Assembly: GCA_046329535.1 (NCBI GenBank)
Contig: JAXLUN010000006.1
Location: 72,429-136,428 of the forward strand
Direction: 5' to 3'
Source of the DNA: Chitinophagales bacterium
Lineage (GTDB): Bacteria; Bacteroidota; Bacteroidia; Chitinophagales; LD1
Length of the DNA: 64,000 nt
Of the stretch, positions 29,309 through 39,280 are shown in pieces (position 1 is the stretch's first letter; each line of letters starts with the position of its first letter). The notes beneath the pieces were generated by a model that was not told the origin of the DNA, ran no database searches, and worked only from the letters and a program-made list of their open reading frames with translations. The position numbers were made by a program, and so were the translations under genes.

Positions 29309-30568
29309 TTAGTAACCGTATTTCTCTTTCCAGAGTTTTTTTAAATGAGCTCGCATTTCATTTTCACGGGCATTCTTACCCGGCTCGTAAAACTTATGAC
29401 CTTTCAGCTTATCGGGCATAAACTCAGTATCGGCAAAGTTGCCTTCATAATTATGTGCGTATTTATAATCCTTGCCGTAATTCAAATCTTTCATCAACTT
29501 AGTTGGGGCATTGCGAATGTGTAAGGGTACCGATAAATCGCCTGTATCACGTACCAACTGTTCTGCTTCCCTTATCGCCATATACGAAGCATTGCTTTTG
29601 GCAGAGGCGGCCAAATACACCACGGTTTGCGAAAGAATAATGTCACACTCCGGATAACCAATCATAGTTACCGCCTGAAAACAACTGGTAGCCAGTAGTA
29701 AGGCATTCGGATTGGCATTGCCAATATCTTCGCTGGATAATATCAGTAGTCTGCGTGCAATGAACTTCGGGTCTTCGCCTCCGGCAATCATGCGTGCCAG
29801 ATAATACAGCGCTGCATTAGGGTCGCTACCGCGAATAGATTTGATAAAGGCGGAAATGATATCGTAATGTTGCTCTCCGCTTTTATCGTAAATAGCCATC
29901 TTTTGTTGTATAACCTGCTCTACCAGGCTATTGGTTATATCCAAGGTATCACTAACCGAAGAATTGACTACCAGCTCTAATACATTCAGTAACTTACGAG
30001 CATCACCTCCACTATATTTTAACAGGGCTTCTGTTTCTTTTACAAGAATATTCTTCTGTATCAGCAGCGTATCTTTCTTTATAGCATGGTTTATCAGCTG
30101 CTCCAGATCTTCGCGTTCCAGATGCTTTAATACATATACCTGACATCTGGATAGCAAAGCCGATATAACTTCAAATGACGGATTTTCGGTGGTAGCTCCA
30201 AATAAAATGATTGTACCCTTTTCTACCGCTCCAAGCAGTGCATCCTGTTGGGCTTTATTAAAGCGGTGAATTTCATCAATGAATAAAATTGCTTTACCGT
30301 TAGTTGCAGCCTCATCTATTACTCTGCGCACTTCTTTCACGCCACTGTCAATAGCACTTAGTTGGTAAAATGGCAATTTTATCTGCTCGGCAATAAATCG
30401 GGCTAAGGATGTTTTTCCTACACCCGGTGGCCCCCAGAAAATAAGCGAAGGGATATGACCACTTTCAATCAGATTCCGGAGAACCTTGCCTTCACCAATT
30501 AGATGTTGCTGGCCAACAAATTCGGCAATGGTTTTGGGTCTAATACGTTCCGGAAGTGGTGCTAACAT
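29309..30568 (-). CDS. rarA: replication-associated recombination protein A (AAA+ ATPase)
   Basis: I prefer Met at 30568 (MLAPLPERIRPKTIAEFVGQQHL). It has Walker A GPPGVGKTS and FIDEIHRFNK. Confidence 0.9.
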   Translation of the reverse strand: MLAPLPERIRPKTIAEFVGQQHLIGEGKVLRNLIESGHIPSLIFWGPPGVGKTSLARFIAEQIKLPFYQLSAIDSGVKEVRRVIDEAATNGKAILFIDEIHRFNKAQQDALLGAVEKGTIILFGATTENPSFEVISALLSRCQVYVLKHLEREDLEQLINHAIKKDTLLIQKNILVKETEALLKYSGGDARKLLNVLELVVNSSVSDTLDITNSLVEQVIQQKMAIYDKSGEQHYDIISAFIKSIRGSDPNAALYYLARMIAGGEDPKFIARRLLILSSEDIGNANPNALLLATSCFQAVTMIGYPECDIILSQTVVYLAASAKSNASYMAIREAEQLVRDTGDLSVPLHIRNAPTKLMKDLNYGKDYKYAHNYEGNFADTEFMPDKLKGHKFYEPGKNARENEMRAHLKKLWKEKYGY

Positions 30569-30809
30569 AGATAGTTTGTGTTTACGGGCGAATTTCAAAT
30601 TAATTTCAAAAAGGAGAGGAGTAAAGTTTGTAAAATGATTTTTGCACGCTTCTTCCGGCACCCTGTCGGCACCAATCCGGGAACTACGATTACCTCCGGC
30701 ACTTTGTCATATAGCAAACAAATTAGGCGATGTTAGTAGGTAGTTGATATTGGACTTGTTGAATAAAACAACTCTGGCTCTGCTCAAAAAACTATTATGT
30801 TTGGTGTTT

Positions 30810-31256
30810 ATGATTACCAAAAAGTCAAAGTATGCTATTAAGGCACTTATTTTTCTGGCCAAGCAGGAAAAAAATAAGCCTATTTTAATTGAAGATATAT
30901 CCACATCCGAGCATATCCCCAAAAAATTTCTGGAGACAATTTTATTAGATCTTAGGAAAAGCGGTTACCTAGGCAGCAAAAAGGGAAAAGGTGGTGGATA
31001 TTACCTTCTAAAACCAGCTAGTTCTATCAATATGGCTGAAATAATGAGATTGTTTGACGGTGCCATTGCCTTAGTGCCGTGCGTGGCTCACAAATACTAC
31101 GAGCCCTGCGAAGAATGTTTAGATGAAATTACCTGTCCTATTCGAGAAGTTTTCAGAGTCATTAGAGAGCAAACGGTTGCTACTCTTAAAGACAATAGTT
31201 TTGCCGAACTGGTTGATAAAGAAAAAAAACTAAAAAAATATCGCACAAAAACCTGA
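30810..31256 (+). CDS. Rrf2-family transcriptional regulator
   Basis: Internal ATG of the track ORF (the 30744 start is TTG). MITKKSKYAIKALIFLAKQ is a typical Rrf2 N-terminus, and there is a Cys cluster (CVAHKYYEPCEECLDEITC). Confidence 0.85.
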   Translation: MITKKSKYAIKALIFLAKQEKNKPILIEDISTSEHIPKKFLETILLDLRKSGYLGSKKGKGGGYYLLKPASSINMAEIMRLFDGAIALVPCVAHKYYEPCEECLDEITCPIREVFRVIREQTVATLKDNSFAELVDKEKKLKKYRTKT

Positions 31257-31405
31257 TTTTAACGGGGGGTAAATGCAATACTAAATGATAGGAAAACTAT
31301 AAGTACTAGCTGCTACAAGCCTGAACAAATGAAGCGAAGAAGTGTTTTTACACGGGTTTCACTTTTGAAGTGAATGATTATATTTGCCAACTCAAAAAAT
31401 AAACA

Positions 31406-32722
31406 ATGTCAACAACCACCCAAACAAAATTGAAATACAAAGTAAAAGACATGTCCCTAGCAGAGTGGGGCCGTAAAGAGATTAGATTAGCTGAAGCAGA
31501 AATGCCGGGATTGATGGCCCTTCGTGCCAAATATGGTGCCGATAAACCTTTGAAAGGAGCTCGTATTGCTGGATGTCTACACATGACTATTCAAACAGCC
31601 GTTTTGATTGAAACCCTTGCGGAATTAGGAGCCGAAGTTACCTGGAGTTCTTGCAATATTTTTTCTACACAAGACCAGGCTGCTGCTGCTATAGCTGCTG
31701 CGGGTTTTCCGGTTTATGCATGGAAAGGGATGAATGAGGAAGAATTCAACTGGTGCATTGAGCAGACTCTTTTTGCTTTCGAAGGGGGCAAAGCATTGAA
31801 TATGATTTTGGATGATGGCGGTGATTTAACCAACATGGTTTTCGATAAATATCCCGAGTTAGTTCAGGGTATACGTGGTATTTCAGAAGAAACCACCACG
31901 GGAGTACATCGTCTGTATGAGAGAGAAAAGAATGGTTCGTTGTTGCTTCCTGCAATCAATATTAACGATTCAGTTACCAAATCGAAATTTGATAACAAGT
32001 ATGGCTGCCGTGAAAGTTTAGTGGATGCCATTCGCAGGGCAACAGATTTGATGATGGCTGGTAAAGTAGCAGTTGTTGCTGGTTTTGGTGACGTAGGTAA
32101 AGGTTCTGCCGATTCTTTGAGTAATGCCGGAGTTCGTGTTATTGTAACGGAGATTGATCCTATCTGTGCGTTGCAAGCAGCCATGGAAGGCTACGAAGTA
32201 AAGAAGATGAATACAGCCATTAAAGAAGCAGATATTATTGTAACCGCTACTGGTAACTGTGACATTATTCGTGAAGAGCATTTTAAAGCCATGAAGCACA
32301 ATGCTGTGGTTTGCAACATTGGTCACTTCGACAACGAAATTGACATGGCTTGGTTAAACTCCAACTACGGTAATACCAAAGATGTAATTAAACCTCAGGT
32401 AGATAAATACACGATAGACGGAAAAGATGTCATTGTACTAGCCGAGGGTCGTTTAGTGAATTTAGGTTGCGCTACCGGCCACCCATCTTTTGTCATGAGT
32501 AATTCATTTACCAACCAAACACTTGCGCAGTTGGAGTTATGGCAACATGCCGAGCGTTATGAAAATCGCGTATACACACTTCCTAAGCATTTAGATGAAA
32601 TGGTTGCTAAACTACACTTAGAGAAAATTGGTGTAGAGCTAGAAGAGTTGAATGACAAACAGGCAAATTATATCGGTGTTAAGAAAACCGGGCCATACAA
32701 GCCCGAGGCTTATCGCTACTAA
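31406..32722 (+). CDS. ahcY: adenosylhomocysteinase
   Basis: 438 aa. It contains [26 protein letters not shown] and the NAD-binding [10 protein letters not shown]. Confidence 0.95.
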   Translation: MSTTTQTKLKYKVKDMSLAEWGRKEIRLAEAEMPGLMALRAKYGADKPLKGARIAGCLHMTIQTAVLIETLAELGAEVTWSSCNIFSTQDQAAAAIAAAGFPVYAWKGMNEEEFNWCIEQTLFAFEGGKALNMILDDGGDLTNMVFDKYPELVQGIRGISEETTTGVHRLYEREKNGSLLLPAININDSVTKSKFDNKYGCRESLVDAIRRATDLMMAGKVAVVAGFGDVGKGSADSLSNAGVRVIVTEIDPICALQAAMEGYEVKKMNTAIKEADIIVTATGNCDIIREEHFKAMKHNAVVCNIGHFDNEIDMAWLNSNYGNTKDVIKPQVDKYTIDGKDVIVLAEGRLVNLGCATGHPSFVMSNSFTNQTLAQLELWQHAERYENRVYTLPKHLDEMVAKLHLEKIGVELEELNDKQANYIGVKKTGPYKPEAYRY

Positions 32723-32743
32723 AAGTACTATTGCTACATCAAA

Positions 32744-32773
32744 AAGGCTACTCAATAAAAGAGTAGCCTTTTT
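32744..32773 (+). terminator. rho-independent terminator of ahcY
   Basis: AAGGCTACTC (32744-32753) pairs with GAGTAGCCTT (32761-32770), followed by a T-tract. Confidence 0.75.
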
Positions 32774-32794
32774 GATGTTCTATTGGTAACTATT

Positions 32795-32826
32795 AAAAGA
32801 GCCGCTTCAGATGAAGCGGCTCTTTT
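32795..32826 (-). terminator. rho-independent terminator for the convergent 131-aa gene (symmetrical, could act both ways)
   Basis: AAAAGAGCCGCTTC (32795-32808), AGAT loop, then GAAGCGGCTCTTTT (32813-32826). Confidence 0.7.
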
Positions 32827-32847
32827 ATTGAGGAATGCGAGTACTTA

Positions 32848-33243
32848 CTACTTGGATATGGTTGTGCAATTCTTTTTGGTACCTACAACCAAAAGTGCTC
32901 CTCTGGATTTAAGATTTTCAGATGCTGTGGTAAAAATCCAGCAATCGTTGAGCTTAACAGTTGTTCCATCAACGGCCTTTACATCATATATATCTACTCG
33001 AAGTTCCCTGTTTTTTGAATTGGTAACAGTGGCACGAATTGGAGTATTGGCTGCAATAACAACAGTGCCATTTACTTTTACGTCTTCAGCTACCTTAAAG
33101 TTTGCTGCCTCGCCAGTTTTGTTTTTACCCTCAAATATCTGCTGCGTCAGTATCATAGATACTACTGTGCCTTCGGGTATAGAGGTCTGTGCCATGGAGC
33201 CTAAGCTGAAAAAAATGAAAACAGGAAGAAAAATACGTTTCAT
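32848..33243 (-). CDS. small secreted hypothetical protein
   Basis: 131 aa with a signal peptide (MKRIFLPVFIFFSLGSMAQ) and beta-rich mature part. Confidence 0.6.
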   Translation of the reverse strand: MKRIFLPVFIFFSLGSMAQTSIPEGTVVSMILTQQIFEGKNKTGEAANFKVAEDVKVNGTVVIAANTPIRATVTNSKNRELRVDIYDVKAVDGTTVKLNDCWIFTTASENLKSRGALLVVGTKKNCTTISK

Positions 33244-33363
33244 TAGTAGTGATTTAAAATGTTTGAAATGGTTATAGAATGAGAACCCAAATGTAATTTA
33301 TAACAACTATAAGGCCAAAAAGTTTACTTTTAAGCATAGATATAGTGCTAGTTTATTAATGCG

Positions 33364-33391
33364 AAAATCCCCCCGATTGGAGTCGGGAGGA
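33364..33391 (-). terminator. probable rho-independent terminator of rpoD
   Basis: 9-bp stem at 33368-33376 / 33383-33391. Its single mismatch becomes a G-U wobble only on the minus-strand RNA. It is followed by UUUU on that strand. Confidence 0.5.
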
Positions 33392-33451
33392 ATTTTCATT
33401 GGAACCGAGATTGAAGGACTCTTCTGCGAACGTTTCCGTTCCCTAATAATG

Positions 33452-34315
33452 TTAACCTACATAAGCCTGTAACAATGCCGGGCTTGTATTTTCCTTCAAC
33501 TGTCGGATACACTTTTCTTTAATTTGTCTTACCCGTTCACGGGTTAGGTTATATCGGGTACCTATTTCTTCCAAGGTCATAGGCGATTTTCCGTTCAGTC
33601 CAAAGTAGCAACTGATAATTTCAGACTCTCGCTCGGTTAACTGTGAAAGCACTTCATTTAAGTGGGTCTCTACATTCTGCTGCATCATAGAGTCTACTGC
33701 ACTAACCTCATCTGCGTCATATAAAGTGTCTTTCAGCGTATATCCTTCTTCTTCAAAGCCTACTTTAAACTCGGTTGATACGGTATGAGTATTTGACCTG
33801 AAATATTCATCAATTTCCTCTTTAGTCATACCGAGCATTTCCATCAACTCCTCTACATCCGGCTCTCGCTGATATTCCTGTTCAAAGCTTTGAAATGCTT
33901 TGGTTATTTTAGTGTACGCACCTACTTTGGCAACCGGGATTCGTATAATTCTGCTTTGCTCTACAATTGCCTGCATAATTGCTTGGCGAATCCACCAAAC
34001 TGCATATGATATAAACTTAAACCCTCGAGTTTCATCAAACTTATTGGCGGCTCTTATTAATCCTAAATTTCCCTCATTAATCAAGTCACCAAGAGTAAGC
34101 CCTTGGTTTTGATATTGTTTGGCCACACTTACCACAAATCTAAGATTCGCTTTAACCATGGTTTCTAGAGCGTCAGTGTCACCTTGTCTGATTTTGCGTG
34201 CCAAATCAGCCTCCTGCTCGGCAGTAAGTAAGTCAGTTTTAGCAATTTCATTCAGGTATTTGTCAACCTGGCTGTCTCGCTGCGCTATGTTGTTGGTAAT
34301 GGATAAGTGCCTCAT
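33452..34315 (-). CDS. rpoD: RNA polymerase primary sigma factor (Bacteroidota short RpoD/SigA)
   Basis: I prefer Met at 34315 (MRHLSITNNIAQRD...). It contains NLRFVVSVAKQYQNQGL, GNLGLIRAANKFD and region 4 TLEEIGTRYNLTRERVRQIKEK. Confidence 0.9.
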   Translation of the reverse strand: MRHLSITNNIAQRDSQVDKYLNEIAKTDLLTAEQEADLARKIRQGDTDALETMVKANLRFVVSVAKQYQNQGLTLGDLINEGNLGLIRAANKFDETRGFKFISYAVWWIRQAIMQAIVEQSRIIRIPVAKVGAYTKITKAFQSFEQEYQREPDVEELMEMLGMTKEEIDEYFRSNTHTVSTEFKVGFEEEGYTLKDTLYDADEVSAVDSMMQQNVETHLNEVLSQLTERESEIISCYFGLNGKSPMTLEEIGTRYNLTRERVRQIKEKCIRQLKENTSPALLQAYVG

Positions 34316-34429
34316 AGGCTTGGTTTTTCTCGGTTTCACGTTTGTTTACGCCTTTGGCTTTAAAAAGTTACATTACTGTTTGAATACTTTTTAACTCATC
34401 CATAATCAGGGTTTTAGGTATCTTGCAAC

Positions 34430-34653
34430 ATGCTAGCAGATGCTGAAATTTTAACCGAGTTAGTAAAAGCAAGAATGCCTTTTGGTAAATACAAAGATTC
34501 CCTAATCTGTAATTACCCGCTTATTATAGAGTGGTTTTCGAACAAGGGGGACCAAAAGGCAGATTGAGTATGTAGCTGACTAGTATGTTTGAGATGAAAA
34601 CAAATGGCTTAGACTATCTATATGGAGCCAATAAAAAAAGAACAACTTCGTAG
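34430..34653 (+). pseudogene. DUF3820-like small gene, frameshifted with an in-frame stop
   Basis: MLADAEILTELVKARMPFGKYKD... stops after 45 aa. The expected continuation (..PKGRLSM*LTSMFEMKTNGLDYL...) is readable in another frame and contains TAG. Confidence 0.5.
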
Positions 34654-35130
34654 ATGAAAGCAAGTACCGTCAATGAGTTAAAGGAAGAGTTACGTCATCG
34701 TTCAACCAAAGAACTGATTGAGTTATGCACCCGTCTGGCTCGATTTAAAAAAGAGAACAAGGAACTGCTTACGTTTCTGTTGTTTGAAGCGGGAGATGAG
34801 CCAGGCTATATAGCTCAGGTAAAACAGGAGATAGACTTTCAATTTGGTGAAATTGAAAAGAACAACAGTATGTATTTGGTGAAGAAAAGCGTACGGAAAA
34901 TTCTACGCATGGTCAACAAGTATATTCGCTATACCGGCTCTAAAGCAGCTGAGATAGAACTGGTGTTACATTATTGCAGGGCGCTTAAAATGTCGGGCAT
35001 TCGTATGGAAAACAGCGCGGCCCTAACTAAACTTTATCAGCAGCAGGTATTAAAAGCCGAGAAACTGCTATCTGCATTTCATGAAGATTTGCAGTATGAT
35101 TACAGGAAGCAACTGGAATCACTTCAATAA
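34654..35130 (+). CDS. hypothetical protein (helical, 158 aa)
   Basis: ORF only. Confidence 0.55.
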   Translation: MKASTVNELKEELRHRSTKELIELCTRLARFKKENKELLTFLLFEAGDEPGYIAQVKQEIDFQFGEIEKNNSMYLVKKSVRKILRMVNKYIRYTGSKAAEIELVLHYCRALKMSGIRMENSAALTKLYQQQVLKAEKLLSAFHEDLQYDYRKQLESLQ

Positions 35131-35198
35131 GAATTTATTTGCTGAACTCATTACTTGGTTTTAATCTGCGAAAAATGTAGGTTTGAGAAAAATAATAC

Positions 35199-35600
35199 AT
35201 GGCAGATACAACTAACTCAACCGGTAAAAGAAGCATTGGAAAAACAATTTTATGGGTAATAATTCTCATTTTTTTAGTTGTCGGAACAGTGCTCTATTTC
35301 GTATTCAACTTTACTTACAGTGAAGGTACTAGGGCAGGGGTTCTTTTTAAATTTAGCCAAAGAGGATATATCTTTAAAACATATGAGGGAGAGTTGAATA
35401 TAGGGGGGGTAGGAAACATTCCCAATACGGCACAAGGTAACTTAATCTGGAATTTTTCTGTCAAGGATAAGGCCTTTGCCGATACATTACACAACTATGA
35501 AGGCCGGAAAGTTTCTCTTCACTACCAAGAGAAAATAAAGAGTTTTTGGTGGCAAGGTGAAACCAACTATTTTGTAGATGGTGTTCAGGCGGTTGAATAG
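35199..35600 (+). CDS. hypothetical N-terminally membrane-anchored protein (133 aa)
   Basis: ORF with a single TM segment (ILWVIILIFLVVGTVLYFVF). Confidence 0.55.
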   Translation: MADTTNSTGKRSIGKTILWVIILIFLVVGTVLYFVFNFTYSEGTRAGVLFKFSQRGYIFKTYEGELNIGGVGNIPNTAQGNLIWNFSVKDKAFADTLHNYEGRKVSLHYQEKIKSFWWQGETNYFVDGVQAVE

Positions 35601-35634
35601 CCTCTTACCCTTTGTATTTATTTAAATCTTGTGG

Positions 35635-38052
35635 ATGAAAAAACTTCACTCCCTGCTATTATTTATCTATATACTTCCGGCTTTTGTAGTGTCTCAAAAC
35701 ATTACTCAAACCATACGGGGTCAGGTGTTAGATAAAGAATCTAATGCTTCATTGGATGGTGTGAACGTAGTGGTGCTGAAAGATTCAATCCTGCTAAACG
35801 GCACTGTGACAGACGAGAAGGGGTATTTTCGGATAGAAAAGATACCTGTAGGGCGTGTAGACGTTGCGTTTTCACTGGTGGGTTACAAGAAAGTTTTTAT
35901 CCCGAATTTACTGCTTAGTTCTGCGAAGGAGTCTGTTTTGACCATAGAGATGGAAAGTTCTGTTGAAACGATGAACGAAGTGGTGATAAGCGGTGCCCGC
36001 AAAGGAGAAACCATTAATGAGATGGCTGTATTAAGTGCCCGGGCGTTTTCTGTAGAAGAAACAGAGCGCTATGCCGGCAGCAGGGGAGATCCGGCCCGGA
36101 TGGCCTCTAATTTTGCCGGTGTTTCCGGTACGGATGATTCCAGAAATGACCTGGTTGTTCGTGGAAATTCACCTTTTGGTATCATGTATCGTTTGGAAAA
36201 TGTCATTATACCTAATCCGAATCACTTTGCTGTGGCAGGAGCTACAGGTGGTAGTGTTGCTATTTTAAATAACCGAATGTTGACTACTTCCGATTTTCTT
36301 ACAGGAGCATTTCCGGCTGAATATGGGAATGCCGTAGCGAAGAGAGGTCTTTGATATTCGCATGAAAAGCGGTAATAACGAGCACGAATACACCGCTCAG
36401 TTGGGCAATGTGAGGCAGTATTTGGCGAGTCCATTCAGTAAAAAGAATAAGTCATCCTACATTTTCAATGCGCTACGCTACTCTCGAGGGGCTGGTAAAG
36501 TTGGGTATTGACATAGGCACTAAGGGCTATCTAAATATGAGGATGTTCAATTGAAAGTGAATTTCTATGAAGAACGGAGACAATCTGTCGGTATTTGGTA
36601 TTGGGGGGTATTCTGCAATCAATTTTATTACCGATGCCCGAATTAAGCCGAAAACATATGATATATACGCATCTAAAGATCAGGATGAGTTTTCAGAGCA
36701 GGTCTTGGTTTGTTGGGTGTAACCTATACCCATCGAGTCAATGCCGCCAGATACTCTAAAATGCACGCATTCTACCCAATGCAACAAAAATCATTTGTTA
36801 GGGTTATACGTCACGTAGACTCCATAACGGGAAACTTTGTGGTAGATGATAAATACAGTAAGCTTGATTACTTTTTCGTTAATACCGATATACAGCCTCT
36901 TTTATGCTGTATGGCAAATCAGTTCAGAAGATTCGATGCGATATTGAATTGTTACCGATATCCTGCAGCCTGTTTTTGTAGATAATCATTACTGAGCCTG
37001 TTTTTGAGTCATCGGTTACAAATTACACATGGAAAAAAAGAATGGATACCCGCGATGGAGTCCGAAACTGTTCAGCCCTTCGCCCAATGGAAATATAGTA
37101 TTAGTAGAAATTATCACACCATTGTCTGGATTGCATGCGCAGTATCTCACCCTCAATCCCAGCTGGAGTATTGAGCCGAGATTTTCTATTAAATGGCAGT
37201 TTAAACAGAATCAGTCACTGGCTTTCGGAACTGGGCTCCATTCACAAATGTTACCGGTATATCAATACTTTTTACAGGATGATAACGGACAACTATATAC
37301 TAACCGCAAAGTTAGACTTTATACGAAGTTTTCATGCCGTCCTTGGGTATGATATTTTCTTCAAAAAGGATATTCGTATCAAAGCGGAAATTTATTTCCA
37401 GCAATTGTGAAATTATCAGTCGATACTTTCTCTTCTTCTTATAATATGCTCAACGAGGGCAGCGGATTTGACCGGTTCTTCCCAGGAAAACTAACCAACA
37501 AGGGATTAGGAAGAAACATGAGCAATGAGTTTACACTTGAAAAATTCTTTACTCATAACTGGTTTTTTATGTTCAGTGCATCGGTGTATGATTCTAAACT
37601 ACAGGCCAGTGAACAAAAGAGGTAATTTTGCTGATTTTAATGGTAATTACATTTTAAACGCTCTAGGTACCAAAGAGTTTAAGTGGGGTAAAAAACGACT
37701 CAATACCATTGGTATAGGTGGCAAGATAACTTTTGGAGGTGGGCAGCGTTACACTCCTTATGATACAACTCTCTCGCAATTGCACGAAGACCCGGTGGTA
37801 CAGAATGATATGCGAAACAAGTATCAGTTTAAACCTTATTTCCGGTTTGATATTAAACTCAACTACCGCTGTAATACCAAGCGATATACACACGAGGTGG
37901 GTATTGATCTGGTAAACGTTGCGCAGTACAAAAACACTTTGCGTATTCAGTATGTAAGTCCTCAGGAACCTGCCCGCGAAATTTATCAGCTTGGTTTCCT
38001 CCCTCTTTTCTATTATCGCCTCGATTTCTGGATTGGCAAGAAAAACTGGTAA
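35635..38052 (+). pseudogene. TonB-dependent receptor (CarboxypepD_reg type), multiply frameshifted between ~36354 and ~37660
   Basis: Receptor-like fragments occur in frames 1, 2, 3, 1, 3, 1 (track ORFs 35629, 36710, 37029, 37135, 37407, 37525). The N-terminal 240 aa and C-terminal 175 aa are clean. Confidence 0.8.
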
Positions 38053-38085
38053 GCTCTTTATTCGCTAAATTTTAATCCCCTTAAC

Positions 38086-39274
38086 ATGTCGAAATACGCA
38101 TCTGTTCTATTACACCGAAACAAAGCACAAGCAGTTAAGCGGTTTCATCCCTGGGTGTTTTCGGGTGCTGTAAAAAGCAAAGAAGGAAATCCTGACCAAG
38201 GCGATATTGTAGAAGTGTTTACCGAAGATGGCGAATATCTCGGTGCCGGACATTTTGGTACCGGCAGTGTAAGTGTCCGCATGTTCACGTTCGAGAAAAT
38301 AACCACACTGGAAGATTTGTGGAAGAAGAAATTTCAGCAGGCGTTTGCCATGCGCAAAAACATCGGCCTGACAGAAAGTAAAACTACCAATGCTTATCGT
38401 CTGATTAATGCCGAAGGCGATGGTATGCCCGGGCTGATTGTAGATTACTACAACGGTACGGCAGTGGTGCAGTGTCACAGCAAGGGAATGAATGCCGAGA
38501 AACATAAGTTTGTTGATATATTGAAAGAGGGCTATGGCACCCGGTTAACAGCCATCTATGATAAAAGCGCTGCTACCCTGCATCATAAACCCGAAGGTGA
38601 AGTGGCCAATCCTTTATATACTGATGGTTATTTGTATGGCAGTGGTAGTGACACCTCGGTGCTCGAAAATGAACATCGTTTCAAAGTTGATTGGGCATTG
38701 GGTCAAAAAACTGGTTTTTTTCTTGACCAGCGTGATAACCGTCAATTACTGTCAAAATATGCTGCAGGGAAAAAAATTCTTAACACCTTCTGTTATTCAG
38801 GAGGCTTCTCCGTGTATGCTTTAAAGGCAGGTGCATCTCTCGTTCATTCAGTAGATAGTTCCGCCAAAGCCGTTGACTGGACCATCAGAATGTGAAACTG
38901 AAATGGTATCAGGTTCCCATGAGGCTTATACGGCCGATGTATTTGACTTTATGGACCAGTGCCGAACACATGATGTAGTAATATTAGACCCTCAGCCTTC
39001 GCCAAAGGCCAATCGGCAAGACATGCAGCCATCAAAGCCTACACCCGTTTAAATGCCGCTACTTTCAAAAAATAAAGAAAGGAGGATTGGTGTTTACTTT
39101 CAGCTGCTCACAGTGGTCAACGAAATGTTTACCATTGCGGTTACCGCTGCCGCTATTGAAAGTGAAGGCAGAAATATTCAGGTGCTACATCTGACACAGC
39201 CATTGCGACCATCCGGTAAGTATATTCAACCCTGAGGGCTTTATCTGAAAGGGTTAGTGTTGTATGCAAATTGA
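38086..39274 (+). pseudogene. class I SAM-dependent rRNA methyltransferase (RlmI-like), disrupted after 38895
   Basis: The first 269 aa are intact (PUA-like N-terminus, GFFLDQRDNR). The remaining motifs (DVFDFM..., VILDP, GGLVFTFSCSQ, ...YLKGLVLYAN*) are readable only across frame changes and stops. Confidence 0.75.
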
Positions 39275-39280
39275 TTCAGC

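Noticed and set aside
30796-30812. TATGTTTG -7-type box ending 6 nt before the Rrf2 start codon, which could suggest a leaderless mRNA
   Set aside because: It is a single 8-mer in AT-rich DNA with no matching -33 TTTG at the right spacing, so it could be chance.
31257-31405. Possible SAH riboswitch in the ahcY leader
   Set aside because: I could not find the conserved SAH-element pseudoknot core. There is only a small AT-rich hairpin and a TATATTTG -7 box (31379-31386). An Infernal scan would settle it.
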